The translations under genes were made by a program, and so were the position numbers. A stretch of DNA of 64,000 nucleotides. Origin: Octopus vulgaris. Lineage: Eukaryota. The notes beneath the pieces are model-generated. The model was not told the origin of the DNA. It saw nothing but the letters and a program-made list of their open reading frames with translations, and ran no database searches. The stretch spans positions 73,780,001 to 73,844,000 of the forward strand of contig OX597814.1 of assembly GCA_951406725.2 (NCBI GenBank), read 5' to 3'. Shown in pieces: positions 12,400 to 26,599 of the stretch (position 1 is the first letter of the stretch; every line of letters begins with the position of its first letter).

Positions 12400-13275
12400 G
12401 TGGCCTTTAAATCTCGAGAATTTTTCTTAAGTTTTTGTAGATTACATGATGCCATTTTTCTGTAGGTCGACAATGCGTATTTTAATTCCCTACAGCCTGT
12501 TAAGTAGTAGTATGAGTGTTGTGCCGAGTGTACCAGTTACCACAGGAATAATTTCCATGTCTTTATCAAATTATTTTTAATGGTTTGTTCTTGGACGGCT
12601 ATAATTAACGATTCAGTTTTCCATCTGAGTCACAACCAGCGTTCTTTACTTCCAACATCACCGGCTTGTTGCATGAATTGGTCAGGCAATTCCTTCTCTT
12701 TTCAGATATTTGTCTTGTCTTCTCTTACTGTTTCACTAACTTTAAGGGATATTTCTAGCCGCTGATAATGTACATTCTCCACTGTACACAACTTAGCTTT
12801 TCAAAACTAATATCGCAGTACTAATGACGTCTTCACGACTTCACAAGTCTCTGCCTTCTTTCATTATAGGTAAATATAGACTGTCAATGTTATTTTTTAG
12901 GATGTGTGTATTGTGTACTGTGAGCAGCGTCCTATTTCTTTTATCTAATGACCGTAGCTCACTTTAGAAAAAGAACATCTCTTAATTCTACCATGGCCCA
13001 TATATTGATTGCCTTAATAACATTCCCGTCATTAAGTGTTGTTAAGAGAGTTTTCCTTATCCTCCTTTTGAATTGTTTGAAGACTATCACATTATAGTCC
13101 CGAACCACCCCAAGTTACTTGTATCCTTCAATTCAGCAATCTAATATCATCTTGCGGTACTTTTATTCCATCAGATTTTATCTTGCAAACCTTCTTCATA
13201 ATTAAAACTGCACATTCTATTCACTCCGGATGTCATATTAATATCCTTGCTAAATATTCTTACTGTCTGGGTAAG
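12400..13275 (-). mobile_element. R4/Dong-type RLE LINE fragment, heavily decayed
   Basis: Minus-strand IIPVVTGTLG and YK.LG / AINIWA motifs. Confidence 0.65.
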
Positions 13276-13372
13276 ATCATCATCATCATCGTCGTCGTCG
13301 TCGTCGTCGTCATCATCATCATTACCATCATCATCGTCATCGTCGTCGTTATCATTATTATTATCATTATTA

Positions 13373-14627
13373 TATGTTTGACTTTTGCTATTTCAAGATC
13401 GTTATATTTGCTCCGTTTTTAGTAGGCCCTGAGAGTTACATTTATGACGATTGGGACAGTCATAACAATGAGGATGCATGATTTTTGGTCTGAAGTCTTC
13501 CAATATAATGTCTGGCCTATTCGCATCTGTGTTTCTGTCAGTTTGAATGGCGAAGATCATTTTCAGATACTGGAGGTGGTTTGTGTTCTCACCAGTTTTT
13601 ATCATGGGGCAGGTCCAGGCTTTTGCAAATTACCCAGTGAATATATTGCGCTGCTCTATCATGCCTTTTGAGATACAAGAAGACTGTACATAGAAGCAAC
13701 ATGATCAATGATTTCTATTTATTGTTGACATACACGACATGTTGGGCTACTACCGTTCTTTAATATGTTTACCTGGTAGTTTCTTGTAGGTAGGCATCGA
13801 TCTTCAGCTGCTATGATAAACCCTTCTGTTTCTGATTTTAAGTCAGAAGACACTAATAATCGATGGGTAAAGGCTTTGACAAGACCGGCATTATTAGGCC
13901 TGAATGGGTATTTGCCATTGAGAGTTTTTCCTTGCCATTTACCAGTAAGAATATCTAAGGAGTAGTTTCAGCACGGGTTTTCATACGCTTAACTTTTTCT
14001 GTGCTGGTTTCTAGTACAAACTCTAGAATTTGTTGTATTTGGAATTCACTTAGATATTCGTATGCCTGGTTTTTTACTGAGTATGATGATTTCTAATTTT
14101 CAATGCTTTGAGACAAGTTTTAACATCCAGTCATCAGAGTTTTTTTTTTAGGTAGGTATCTAGGCCAATTGTAACGATCTACATTGTTAATTCCAGTTGT
14201 AAAAGTCCACGACCACCCTCTTTTCTTGGGATGTAAAGTCGTTCTATATCTATCTGCCTTAGGGTGGTGCATTCTATGCATTGTCAACAATTTTCGTATC
14301 TTTCTGTCAAGATTACATATTTCAGTAATTGACCAGTTAATGATATTGAAACTGTAAATCATGACTGGTATGGCTAAATTATTGATCGCTTCGATCCTGT
14401 TTCTTGCATTCAGCTCTGTCTTGAGTATTGCTCTTACCCTGCGATAACATTCTTTTCTGATCCTTTCCCTCATCCCTGAATGTTTGATACCCTAACGTAT
14501 TTATAGCTCTCCGCTGGTTCTAACTCCTTTGTGACATTCTGCTGTTCAAGATAAACATTCAATGTGTCTGTCATTTTTCCTTTGATAAAGGTATCTTTCG
14601 TACATTTATCGAGGCCAAATTGCATCA
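13373..14627 (-). mobile_element. R4/Dong-type RLE LINE 3' fragment
   Basis: LKTELNARNRIEAIN, MHHPKAD, AAEDRCLPTRNYQ, ANRPDII; same 3' end family as 19911-22900. Confidence 0.85.
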
Positions 14628-14723
<96 letters not shown>

Positions 14724-14746
14724 GGTGTTGCTGTTGCTGTTGTTGC

Positions 14747-14783
<37 letters not shown>

Positions 14784-14824
14784 ATTATTATTATTATTAT
14801 TAATATTATTATTATTATTATTAA

Positions 14825-14899
<75 letters not shown>

Positions 14900-14931
14900 C
14901 ATTATCATCATCATCATCATCATCATCATCA
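14628..14931. repeat. Compound trinucleotide microsatellite (TTA/TTG/TGG/TCA)
   Basis: Direct reading; source of the poly-L/N/I/T ORF artefacts. Confidence 0.97.
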
Positions 14932-17177
14932 TTTTGGTTTAGCTCAGGTTCGGTCTTATTCCTGGTAGGATTCACGTGGGTAGCATGTTACTACCTGTAA
15001 CCTTAGGTATCCACAAGTTTTCAGCAGTCTTTCAAGTGCTTAGAACTCTCCTGATAATCCTTGCTGTCCCTAAGAGACAAACTTTCTTTGTGAGCTTTAC
15101 CAGATATACCATTTCAATCGCCTTCGGCCGTTTGTCTATTTATTTATTTACTGTTCTCAACGCACCAATTATTATAGGCATGGCCTTTACTGTTCTCATG
15201 CTCCAAATTCTTCCTATTTCAAAACAAATAGGGATTGTATTTTTTTTGTTTCTGTTTTTCTTCCTCTTTCTTTTACGATTATGGAATCAAACGGACATGG
15301 TGGATCGATAAGTAAGCAACTTCGCTTTTCCTTATCTGTAACTGTTATGTCTGGTCTATTATTTTCTAACTTGTCCGTTTGAATAGAAAAGTCGCACAAA
15401 ATCTTACATTTGTCTGACTCCAGTACTCTTTCGACTCGATGGTTGCACCATGTGTTTCCAGCTTCAAATCCCCGTTTCTGACCAAGTTTCCAATTTATAA
15501 CTTTTACAACCTGATCGTGCCTCCATTTCTTATATTCTTCCAGTGCAAACTTCGGACATTCTGCTACAATGTGTGCTGCTGTCTCGTTCAAAGTTTCACA
15601 GGCTTTACATTTTTTTCTCACACATTTTCTCCATATATAGTTTTTCACTGGTTGTTTGTTTTTATCTTTTGATCTTGGACTGATACAATTAGGCTCTCTG
15701 TTTCGTTTTTTAATTGCTCCTTTTTTAACCAAGCTCAGGATTTTGTTCTACATACGTCTTCAGTGACTCTCCAAAATTGGCCATGCAGAGGTTTCTCTTC
15801 AATCTGTCTGACGTGCCCTCTGTATTTCATTCTTGTCCATTGTCCTATTATGCGCTTTATCACCTCTTCTTTATTAACTCTCTTTAGTAGTTTTTCTGTG
15901 CTGCTCTGTAAATACTCTACTTGACATTTTCTTTCCCTCGGAACACCTTCTTCCACTGTTGTTAAGCCTCTTCCACCCTGGTCTCTCCTCAAGTACTGCC
16001 GGTTGATATCAGCTTTCTGATGGTGGGCTCCAGACATCGTCAACAACTTCCTAGTTTTTCTGTCAAGTTTATTTCGCTTTTGGTCCAGTCTATAATTCCA
16101 GCTCCCTATCTGATTAAAGGTACTGCTCTTGAATTTATTGCTTCAATAAGATTTTTGGAATTCAGCTTTGACTGCAATAATTCTTTTTCTCACCTTGTGT
16201 ACTCCCTACTGGTCATTTGTTTCATTTCTTCAATTTTTTTAACTCGTCTACTTCCAGTATTCCCTAGTATTTTTAAACGACTGTCCTGTCTCAACTGCTC
16301 TCATTTTTTATCCATTTGGCATTTCATTTCCATGCCTTCTTTCAAATCTTCCTCTTTTCATTTCCAATATAGCGCACTATTTCCATAGCTGCGTCATTTG
16401 AGAAAATGCGGATAGTATGTACAAGACTTTCAAGCTGTTTCTCGTTTTTTTGCATGAACCTTTATATCATCCATGAAAAGGAAATGATTTAATTGGCCAT
16501 TTCTTTTTCCCGAATCGTATTAACTTTTCGTAATATCATAGTGAGGGGCGTTATGGTCATTGCGAGTAGTAATGGAGATAAGCTATCACCTTGGAATATT
16601 CCACGTCTAATGTTCACTTTTCCGAGTTTTGTTTTCCTTCGATCAATTCAGTATTTCAACGTTTCATACTTCCATTAAGCATCTTCTCCAAGTTATTTGG
16701 TATTCTAAACATGCTCGTTTTTTTAGTTTTACTTATCCAACTGTTTGGTTCCATGTCACATGCTTTTTTGGAATTTAGCTATGCTACATTCAGTCCCTTC
16801 AATCTGCGTCTACAATTCCTAATTATCATTTTATCAACTAATTAGTGATCTTTTGTTGCCCTACTTTGTTTCCTGCACCCTTTCTGTTCTTCTGGAAGTA
16901 GGTTGTTACTTTCCAGTTAGTTATATAATCCTTCCGCCAAAACACCGGTCATAAGTTTCCACAGAAGTGGTAAACAGGTTATAGGTCAAACATTTGATGC
17001 CAAGTTCCCTTTCAAGGGCATCTTGAGTTATAGCAGCGTTCGTCCGCTTTTCATCCAGGCGGGGGCGTGACCTTACTGCATGCAGTCATACAGTTGCACA
17101 GCGATCCTTGCATGCAACTGTGTAAAATTCATCAGCCAATAGCCTTGTACTGCATCCGGGCCTGGTCCATTCCAATT
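14932..17177 (-). mobile_element. R4/Dong-type RLE LINE, 5'-truncated, decayed
   Basis: GPGPDAVQGYWL, EEQKGC, QGDSLSPLL, FMDD, GGRGL, CxxC..H....C, RHD, NRPDI..D..LLID. Confidence 0.88.
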
Positions 17178-17190
17178 TACTATTTTATAA

Positions 17191-17262
<72 letters not shown>

Positions 17263-17266
<4 letters not shown>

Positions 17267-19710
17267 TAGTTTTATTTTTATAGCGTGCTTTCACTTCACT
17301 ACCGAGCGCAGCTCTGTGTGCCTTGGGTATGTGCTGTGATTTGTTGTGATGCTCTGATGGTTATTGTATGGAAAGTGTTCTGCGTAGGATGTGTGCAGTG
17401 CCTAGTAGTGCAATTTTCTGTATGTTATATGTGTTTGTAAGTCCTGGTGTTTTTGTTATGTATTTGTCTTAATATTTTTTTATCATGCCTAATGCACCTA
17501 CTATGATAGGAATTGTTTTTGTTTTCAGGTTCCACATTCTAGTTACCTCTATTTCCAGGTCTTTGTATTTTGAGAGTTTCTCCATTTCTTTTAGAGACAC
17601 GTTGTCATCTGCCGGTATTGATACATCAATTAGAAAGCATTTTTTTTATTCATGATCTCTGACAACTATATCTGGTCTGTTGGCCTTAATTTCTCTATCT
17701 GTGTGTATCGGCATATCCCAGAGTATGGTTGCTTTCTCGTTTTCTGTGACCTTTTCTGGTGTGTGCCTATACCATCTTTTTTCTGTTGTTATTCCATAAT
17801 GTTGGCATAGCTTCCAATGTATGTAGGTTCCAACTCTGTCATGTCTGTGAATATATTCCTTCTTAGCCAGGACTGGGCAGCTAGAGATAATATGATTTAT
17901 TGTTTCTTGTCCATCTCCACATATTCTGCAGTTACTTGTAATATTTCTTTTCATTACATGTTTTTGGTAATTTCTGGTGGGGAGGCTTTGGTCTTGTGCT
18001 GCAATTAAAAATCCCTCTGTCTCTGCTTTGAGTCCTGAGCTTCTCAACCATTGCTGGGATTTTTCTTTGTCTATTTCTTTTGCGTTTAGTTTAGTGCAGT
18101 ATTTACCATGAAGGGGCTTTTCTTGCCATCGTTTATCATGGTTCGTTGCTGTTCTATTTTTAGTTTGGATTTCATTTGTTTTATAGCTTTTGTTGTTTCT
18201 TCATCATCTTCTTCTTCTTCTTTGTGTTTATTAGGTGGTATGATTTCTTGTTTGTATTTGTCAGCTCCCTTAAATACTGAGAGCAGTTTTTTGTTTTGCT
18301 CGTGTTTCGCTGCTATCTGGATCAGTTTTCCTTCCTTCTGAAGTAGGTATTTTTGCAGTCCTATGGTGGTTATTTTATAGTAGTTTTCCAGCTGTATAAG
18401 GCCTCTACCACCTTCTATACGTTGTATATATAGTCTTTCTATGTCAGATTTTGGGTGATGCATCCTAGATCCTGTCAGTATTTTTCTTGTTTTCCTATCT
18501 ATTTTGGACAGTTCATTTCGTGTCCAGTTAAGGATATTGTAGCTGTAACTTATAACTGGGACAGCTAAAGTGTTGATACCTATTATCTTGTTTTTAGCAT
18601 TGAGCTCTGTTTTTAGTATTGATCTAACTCGTCTATAATATTCTTTTTTTTATTTTCTCTTTCATTTGTGTGTGTTGTGTCTTATCTAGTTCATGGATTC
18701 CTAAGTATTTGTAAGTTTGGCTTTGGTCTAATTCTTTTATTTCATTGGTTTTATCTAGTGTGATGTTGTTACTCTTAACTAGTTTTCCTCTTTTCATGGT
18801 TACTTTGGCGCATTTTTCTAATCCAAATTTCATATCTATTTCTTTGGTAAATCCATGAACTGTCTTTAATAGTGTTTCCAGCTGTTTGTCATTTGCAGCG
18901 TATAGTTTTAGGTCATCCATATATAAAAGGTGGCTGATCGTTTTGCCGTAACATTTATATCCGCATCCAGTTCTATTTAGCATATCAGATAGAGGTGACA
19001 GTACCAAGCAGAAAAGGAGTGGAGAGAGCGTGTCTCCCTGGAATATTCCTCTTCTAATGGGGATGTCTTTGGTTTTCATGAGTCCCTGTTTTGTTTGGAG
19101 GTATAGGACTGTTTGCCATTTATTCATAGAGTGCTCTAAGAATTTTATGATTGTTGGTGCTACTTTGTTAATGGCTAGTGTTTCGAGGATCCATGTGTGG
19201 GGGATGCTATCAAACGCCTTTTTGTAGTCAATCCAGGCCATACTGAGGCCTTTCTTCTTTCTGTGGCTGTCTTCAGTTACGGCTTTATTAATCATTAGTT
19301 GATCTTTACAGCCATATGAGCCTTTGCGGCATCCTTTCTGCTCTTCTGGGAACAGTTTGTTTTCGTCCAGGTGCTTGTTCAGCCTTTGCGATATCACTGC
19401 AGTAAATGCCTTGAACATAGTAGGGAGGCAGGTTATTGGTCTGTAGTTTTCTGGTTTTGTTGTTTCATTTGATTTGGGAATTAAGATGGTTTTCCCCTTC
19501 GTGAGCCATTCAGGCATTGTCTCTGGCTCTGCTAGTATGCTGTTAAAGTTTTCAGCCAGCTTTTTGTGCATTCCTGTTAGATATTTCAACCAGAAGTTGG
19601 GGATCTTGTCATGCCCAGGTGCCTTCCAGTTGCTTAGTTTTTGCAGTGCCTGGGTGACCTCTTCAGTTGTTATGGGGGTCCAAAGTTGTTCAGATGCCGA
19701 GTTTGTTATT
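17263..19710 (-). mobile_element. R4/Dong-type RLE LINE, 5'-truncated, best-preserved copy
   Basis: RT (ORF 18633-19589), GGRGL (18086-18463), CRICG..ETINHIISSC, RHD and NRPDIVVRD endonuclease (17646-18047); few frameshifts; (TAA)n on both sides. Confidence 0.93.
18633..19589 (-). pseudogene. Reverse transcriptase segment of R4/Dong LINE
   Basis: YRPITCL, EEQKGC, WIDYKKAFDS, QGDTLSPLLF, YMDDLKLY, YKYLG; ends at a frameshift. Confidence 0.92.
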
Positions 19711-19732
19711 TTGATACTTTATTTTATTATAC

Positions 19733-19846
<114 letters not shown>

Positions 19847-19910
19847 GTTGTTGTTGTTGTTGGTGTTGTTGTTGTTGTTATTGTTATTATTATTATTATT
19901 AATATTAATA

Positions 19911-22900
19911 ATGTTTGATTTTGCTTTGTATTTGAACAAGTTGGTTCCAAGTCTCACCCACAGATCTCAAGAGACAAGTTAGAAGTTCATGTCGGTGTTA
20001 TGCCTAGGGTATTATACATTTGGTTTTGCACATAGTATTGTGCTAGAGAATGTTTAAGAAAACATAAGAAAATTATAATTTGAGTTTACATAGATAGTAT
20101 TTTACGCAGGATACGGACAGTTTCCATGAGCACTATCTTTTGAATTTCTGCCATATTGGGGTTCCCTGGTATCTGAGCTAAGTAGCAATCAGCCCTTTTT
20201 GCTATCATTCCTACAGCGCCTATGACAACAGGTATTGATTTAGTCTTGAGGTTCCACATTTTGCCAATTTCTGTTTCAAGATCTTTATACTTGCTCAGCT
20301 TTTGGTCGGTCGTGACATATACATATATATCGATTGGAACGATCATATAAATGAGGAAGCATGGTTTTTGTCTGAAGTCTTTCAATAGAATGTCTGGCCT
20401 ATTCGCATCTGTCTTTCTGTCAGTTTTAATGGTGAAGTTCCAGAGGAGTGGGATGGGATCATTTTCAAACACTGGAGGTGGTTTGTGTTCCCACCAGTTT
20501 TTATCATGGGGCAGGTCCAGGACTTGCAAATTACCCAGTGAATATATTGTGCTGCTCTACTATGCCTGTTGAGAAACTCTAGGCGCGAGAAGACTGCACA
20601 TGGAAACAACATGATCAATGGTTTCATTTTGTTGCTGACATACACGACATGTTGGGCAGTTGTCGTTCTTTAATATGTTGGCCTGTTAGTTTCTTGTAGG
20701 TAGGCATTGATCTTCTGTTTCTGATTTTAAGTCAGAAGCCACTAACCATTGATGGGGAAGGGCTTTGACAACATCGGCACTTCTGTTTGGGTATTTGCCA
20801 TTGAGAGGTTTTTCTTGCCATTTATCAGTGATCATCTGTGTAAAGGAGATGATTTATATTTTTATCAAACATTTTATAATCGTATTGTACCTATTGAGAC
20901 ATTTCGAGCATTAAGAGATTCATTGTCACTGTTCAAAGTGACATACTTACAGAGAAGAAGTTTCGCTGAGTAGGTGTTATTTTATACATTTCTAGACATT
21001 TCTTAATCCAACTATGTGGTAGACTATCAAAAACATTTTTTGTAGTCTATCCATGGTATCGTCAAGATTTTGTGTCTGTGACAATCTTCCAAGATCATCT
21101 TATTGATGAGTAGCGGATCTTTACAACCATTGGACCCACATTTACATCTTTTTTGCTCACTCTCTATTAAGAAACTATAGGTATACTCAGTCAAGATAAA
21201 TGTTAGCATTTTATACATTGTTGTTAAGCAGATTATGGTTCTATAATTTTTTGGTTCATTTGTTTCTTCAGTTTTTGGAAGTGGGAATATTACACCATTA
21301 ACTAGCCAAGAGGGAATCTTGTAAAGTTTTGTTAGCAGTTCATGGCTCTCTTCAGCCAGAAATTAGGAATTTTATCCTTTCCTGGAGACTTCCATTTGCT
21401 TGACTTCCTGAGAGCAGATCTTACATCCTCTACCTTGATACCTTTCCACTTTAGCTCTTCTAAGGAGTCTAAGTCTGTAGATATTCTATCAATCCGAAGG
21501 GCCATTTCATTGTGTTTTTTCTTCTGCCCAAATTTTATTCCAAAATTCCTGCACTTATTATTTTGATGGGACGGACTTTACTGTAACTGGTGTTTTCCCT
21601 ACCTTCCTGTAAAGATTTTTTGGTTATTTTTTAACATATTGTTGTCCTTGAAGAATCTAACGCGCTTTTCATGCCTTGCTATGTGAGCAGCTTTAGCACA
21701 TGCCTTTTGCTTGATGGTTTCTATGGTCAAATATGGTTTTTATATTATATTTTTTAAAAGTTTTTTTGTTAGTTTGATAGTTTTGTCAAACTTAAGATTT
21801 TTTAAACATTCTATGTCAGACCTAAGTAGCTGTATTTGGTGTTGAATACGCTCTTACCAAGTAGGCTTTTTGTGGGAATATTATGGTCTTCTAATCTTTT
21901 CACCACATAGAATCGTCGAGATTTTCGCGGATGCATAGTACAGGTGGTTGAGATCTGTAATGTCAACATCATTAGCTGAAATTATATCCTCAAGTGCAAG
22001 GCGGGTTTTACCAATTAATTTTAGGTTTTGGTTAGAATTGCGAATTTTTTAGAGAGTGTCACGTTCATTCATACTGGATTCTTTAATTTTCAGCCATTCA
22101 ATCATTTGGTTTTTAGATCATGTAGTTCTGTTGGGTCAATTTCTGTGTGACTTTCTTCATCTATTTGATTTTCATCTGCCTTGATTTTTATGGTTGGTTT
22201 AGAGAGTATTAAACTTTACTTATCAGTTACATCAACTCTTTCAACCATTATTGCATTTTCATCAGCCCTAGGCTAGTGTATAATTATTTACTCTGTAGTA
22301 TCTTCTTTAACTACAGCTTCGTTCCCTTTATCACTTACAGGTTGTTTAATTTGGTCAATCTCTAATTCAGTAAGTAATTTCTTTTTCATACTATTTCTGC
22401 TGAAGTCGGCAAGTTTGTTACTATTTATGTAGGGTCTTACTTCAAGGTGTTTCTGTCTCCAGTTTAAGTAGATTTGTACAGTTGTAGATTTATTTGTGGG
22501 GAAATATATGGCATGACAGAAGGTCGTAAGACCTTTTTTATTATCTCCCCCAGACAATTTTGCATCGTTTTTCTTTTTGATGACGAGCATGGATGGTCAT
22601 CTGTTGGAATACTCTGGTTGTGGGGCACTTCCAGCTACTGTGTTTCGGGAAGATTTGGACCAGTAGCTGATTTTTCAAATCGAATCTGGTTCATCTTTCG
22701 AGTACGTGGTCCTTGGTGTTCCGGGTGACGAGAAATCCGGTGTGTATTTTGCTTTGTTACCATTGAGGCATGACGAGCTTAGACGATGACATTAGAGGAC
22801 GGATCGTGTGCCTACGGTTAATTTGTTTGAGACAACACCGCCTCCGAATTCTCTGCATGTAAACATTGCTCGTAACGTAGCTTCTTAAGGCTAACAGATC
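19911..22900 (-). mobile_element. R4/Dong-type RLE LINE with N-terminal region and internal deletion
   Basis: Endonuclease (NRPDILL..IPVVIGAVG, 20086-20529), WIDYKK, WKSPGKDKIPNFWLK and decayed N-terminal frames to ~22900; most of the RT is deleted near 20850-21000. Confidence 0.82.
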
Positions 22901-23522
22901 TGCATTCGTCTTTATCCTTTCCTTGATAGACTTGTCTCCGGGCATAGTCTTTTTGTTGTGTTTTTAAACTTATGAATTGCTCACTCTGTGTTAGTTCGAA
23001 AAATAAAAATAGTTTTGTTTTGTTTTCTTCTTTGCTTTTGCTTCGTTTGAGACACGTATGAATGCATATGAATGCGTTTATGTATGTCCTGTAAATTTCA
23101 CGTAGTTGTTTAAACATTGGGATGTATGTGTAGTCCTATGGGTATTAAAATTTATATATAATTGTGTAGACATTCGAGTGTATGTATGCGTAGTTACTCA
23201 ATTTATGTACTTACTGTTTTGTTCTATTTATATTTTATAATTTGTAAACTTTCCAGTGTTGGTTTCGCGTGTATTTCGAACATGTTTCACTGAGATATCG
23301 TGCATAGGAAAAACTGTGCTTTTCATGGCAGTAAAATTTCGTTTGTGTGATTATTTTCGTTAAAAGACTGCTTCCTTCAAGTCTTCCACAGGTTCCTTTA
23401 TCCCATTCCACCGATGTTATTCAGTTAGATTTGTTTTCGAATGGAGAGCCCGGTGTAGTACATCCATGTTGTTATCTTATCATCATCATCATCATCATTA
23501 TTGTTATTGTTATTATTATTAC

Positions 23523-23598
<76 letters not shown>

Positions 23599-23614
23599 TT
23601 ATTATTAATTTATT

Positions 23615-24860
23615 TATTTGCACAGCTTCTAACGTTGTTGATGTACTACAGCGTCAGTTGTTCACTACCAGTGAACTAAGGTAACACCTCTTATTTTTCG
23701 AGCACCATCCGGAGTATTCGAACGGTTCCAAGCAGTGCTGTTTTCTGAAAGTGCTCCACCCCTATTTGTTCCATGTACGTCTCAAGATTTTTACTCACTG
23801 TTCCCAGGGCTCCGTCAATTATTGGTACTACTCCCACCTTTTTCAACGACCACAGCTGCTTAACCGCACAAGCTAACCTATTATATCTACCGACTTTTCT
23901 TTCTCGCTTATCTCTTAACTTGTTGTTAGCTGGGCATGCTATATCTCTGGTCCAGCATCGTTTGCTTGCTTTCTAAATTAACACTATGTCTGGTTTCTTA
24001 TGCTTTATCTCATGGTCGCACTGAGTCATAAAATCCCATAGTATCTTTGCATTATCATTTTCGATAAGGCCTTTGGGTTTATGTTCGTACCACTTTTTGC
24101 TCTGTCAAATCCATACTTGTTGCAAAGTGTTCAATGGACAAACCTTGCTATATTGTCATGACGTCTCATATTCTTTCTGGGCTAGTGGAGTACCATTAAT
24201 GGTAATATGCCATACGGTTTCACCATTTTGTCCACAAATTCTGCACTTATCACTTTCTGATGTGTTGTCTATTCTGTATTTAATGTAATTGGTTCTTAAT
24301 GCTTGCTCTTGGGCAGCACAGATTAGAGCCTCCGTTTCCGGTTTTAAAACACTTTGTCATTCATAGCCATCTTTTTCTCTGTCTGTCTTATCTTCAACTT
24401 TCCTATGAAATTATTTTCTTGTTACTAGTATTTATTTTCATTATGTGCTTTTGGTGAATTTTGGTGGGAAGGCTTTGATCTTGTGCTGCAATTAAAAATC
24501 CTTCAGTCTCTGCTTTGAGTCCTGCACTTCTCAGCTATTGTTGGGATTTTGCTTTGTCTGTTTCGTTTCTGTCTACCTTAATCCAATATTTGTCATGTAG
24601 GGACCTTTCTTGTCATCATTTTACCATGATACGCTGTTGTTCCAGTTTTAGTTTGGATCTCAGTTGTTTTACAGATTCTTTTCTTTTCTTTTTCATAGTT
24701 GTCAGGTACTATGACTTCTTTTTTGTAATTTTCAACTTCTTTAAAGACAGAAAACTGGTTTTTATTTTGCTCGTGTTTTGTGGCTATTTGTATCAGTTTT
24801 CCTTGCTTCTGGAGTAGGTATTTCTATAATCCTATGGCAGTTATATAATAGCTTTCTAAA
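23615..24860 (-). mobile_element. Two fused R4/Dong 3' fragments
   Basis: ETEALICAAQEQALRTN, KPDIV, VVPIIDGALG (23615-24410), then a piece matching the 17263 family (ETEGFLIAAQDQSLPT) at 24410-24860. Confidence 0.78.
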
Positions 24861-25092
24861 CATATGTGACGGTGGCTTGTTATTTTACCAGGAAAATTCT
24901 CCAGTGAGTAGCTTCAGAAATGTTAGACACTACTTTGTTGGGGTAGACTTTACCAAGGAGAAAATTTCCTCGCGCATCTCAGCATGTGGATTCAATCGTA
25001 TTCGTCCAATAGATAAAACAGATGTTTACACATTTTAGAGTATACATATTAAGAGAATTATTATCATTATCATTATTATCATCATCATCATT

Positions 25093-25154
<62 letters not shown>

Positions 25155-25329
25155 AATCATCGTCGTTGTTGTTGTTGTTGTTGTTGTTCGTTGTTGTTAT
25201 TATTACCACTGCAACAACTACAAAAACAACTATCATCATCATCATCACCACCACCATCATTATTAATATCAATCTAAAAGCACTTTCCATCAACTATCTC
25301 TGTCTCTGAATCCCTAAGCAAATTTCATA

Positions 25330-26260
25330 TATTTGAATTCCTCCGTCAGTACTTTATTTGGGTTAAACCTGGAATGTTTAGCAGGTTTTCATTAGACTTT
25401 CTGGTTACTGAAGCGTCATTCAAAGAAATGAATCGCAGTGGGTTATTAATGTGCTTTGATAAATTATGTAAATGATTTTTGATTTGCGTTTGTCCGTCTC
25501 AGTTAATAAATATTTTTAAAACACTGATATATTTGTATGTGCCTGGTTGGTCTTGTAGATTTTTGTAATGAAATAATCTGTTATTAAAAAAAAAACTTTA
25601 CGTAATGATTAGCTATCAGTTATGCAGTTCATATATAATTTACAAAGTCTTTGGTTACTTATCGTTACTGAAATTATGAAATAAAGACGGCAGTGAAAAT
25701 CTAGTGACTAGTATTGAAACGCAGCTTTGGTGCCGAATGTACATTTCATAGCGACCAAACTTTCCACTTGAACTATTTGATACTAATGACGCTGTTTAGC
25801 CCTGGAAAACCACGAATGAGAGAACACCATGGACTCTTTTAATTACTTTATGTTGTATTTCTATAGATATGAAAATGTGACATAGTAAACAAAATCTAAT
25901 AACGAATCTGCTTTTAAAGTAATCCGAGGTAATATATATATATACAGGAAACCATGTTGCTTTCTAATTGATATTTCATATCTTTGGAATATTATATAGT
26001 TACAAGGTCTTAGAATTCGTGAGAAAAGAGGAATGAACGGTGGCCATATCTTTTTAGAAACATTACTGCAACCAAGAAAATCGAAACTTACTTTCAGATT
26101 CGTCTCGCCTACAGCTTAAGGCACTTTGTGAGTATATGAAGGCACCATATATTGAAGCGAAAGCATGTTCTTTCAGAGATAACTTCATTATTTCAACCTA
26201 TTATTTTCACTACAAAGAACAAGATTTTGCGTCAAAAATCTTCAAAAGTAAATATGGTGA
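25330..26260 (+). mobile_element. Possible MULE transposase C-terminal relic
   Basis: Ordered but frameshifted LFGL, FDKL, YIS..NFPLEL, KTTN, HIFLETLLQ and ETYFQIR, resembling C-terminal motifs of MULE transposases; judged by eye only. Confidence 0.4.
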
Positions 26261-26599
26261 AACATAATTTAAGTTTTCCCTTAAATAAGAGCAGTATTAT
26301 TGTTTACTAATGTCATACATGATTATTCATACATGAATCAATAAGCTGCTTAACACTTTCAAACCAAAACGTTGTAAATATGAGCTTTTCTTATAAAAAG
26401 AAAATGAGTTGAAAACTTCAGCTGGTGATTTATCAAGGAAAATGAACAGCTTCATTTTTTATACAAGCAGGAACCTACGGAATTTTGTTTGGTGGCGGGC
26501 CTCACATGCTGTGGATAATGATACACAGACACGCACTGAAGCTACGATGACTCCAGCGCTCCTTTGACAGTAAGCAGGAGTGGTCACCATTTGTTATAC

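Noticed and set aside
23392-23425. GSFIPFHRCY after an acceptor-like site, reminiscent of a tyrosinase/hemocyanin copper motif
   Set aside because: Too short, lacks the conserved W, and has no good donor or supporting exons.
26058-26127. Candidate 70-bp exon (TTTTTAG...GTGAGT), possibly joined to a terminal exon at ~30064
   Set aside because: The peptide fits a frameshifted MULE relic extending across the supposed acceptor, and no coherent multi-exon gene emerges. RNA-seq would settle it.
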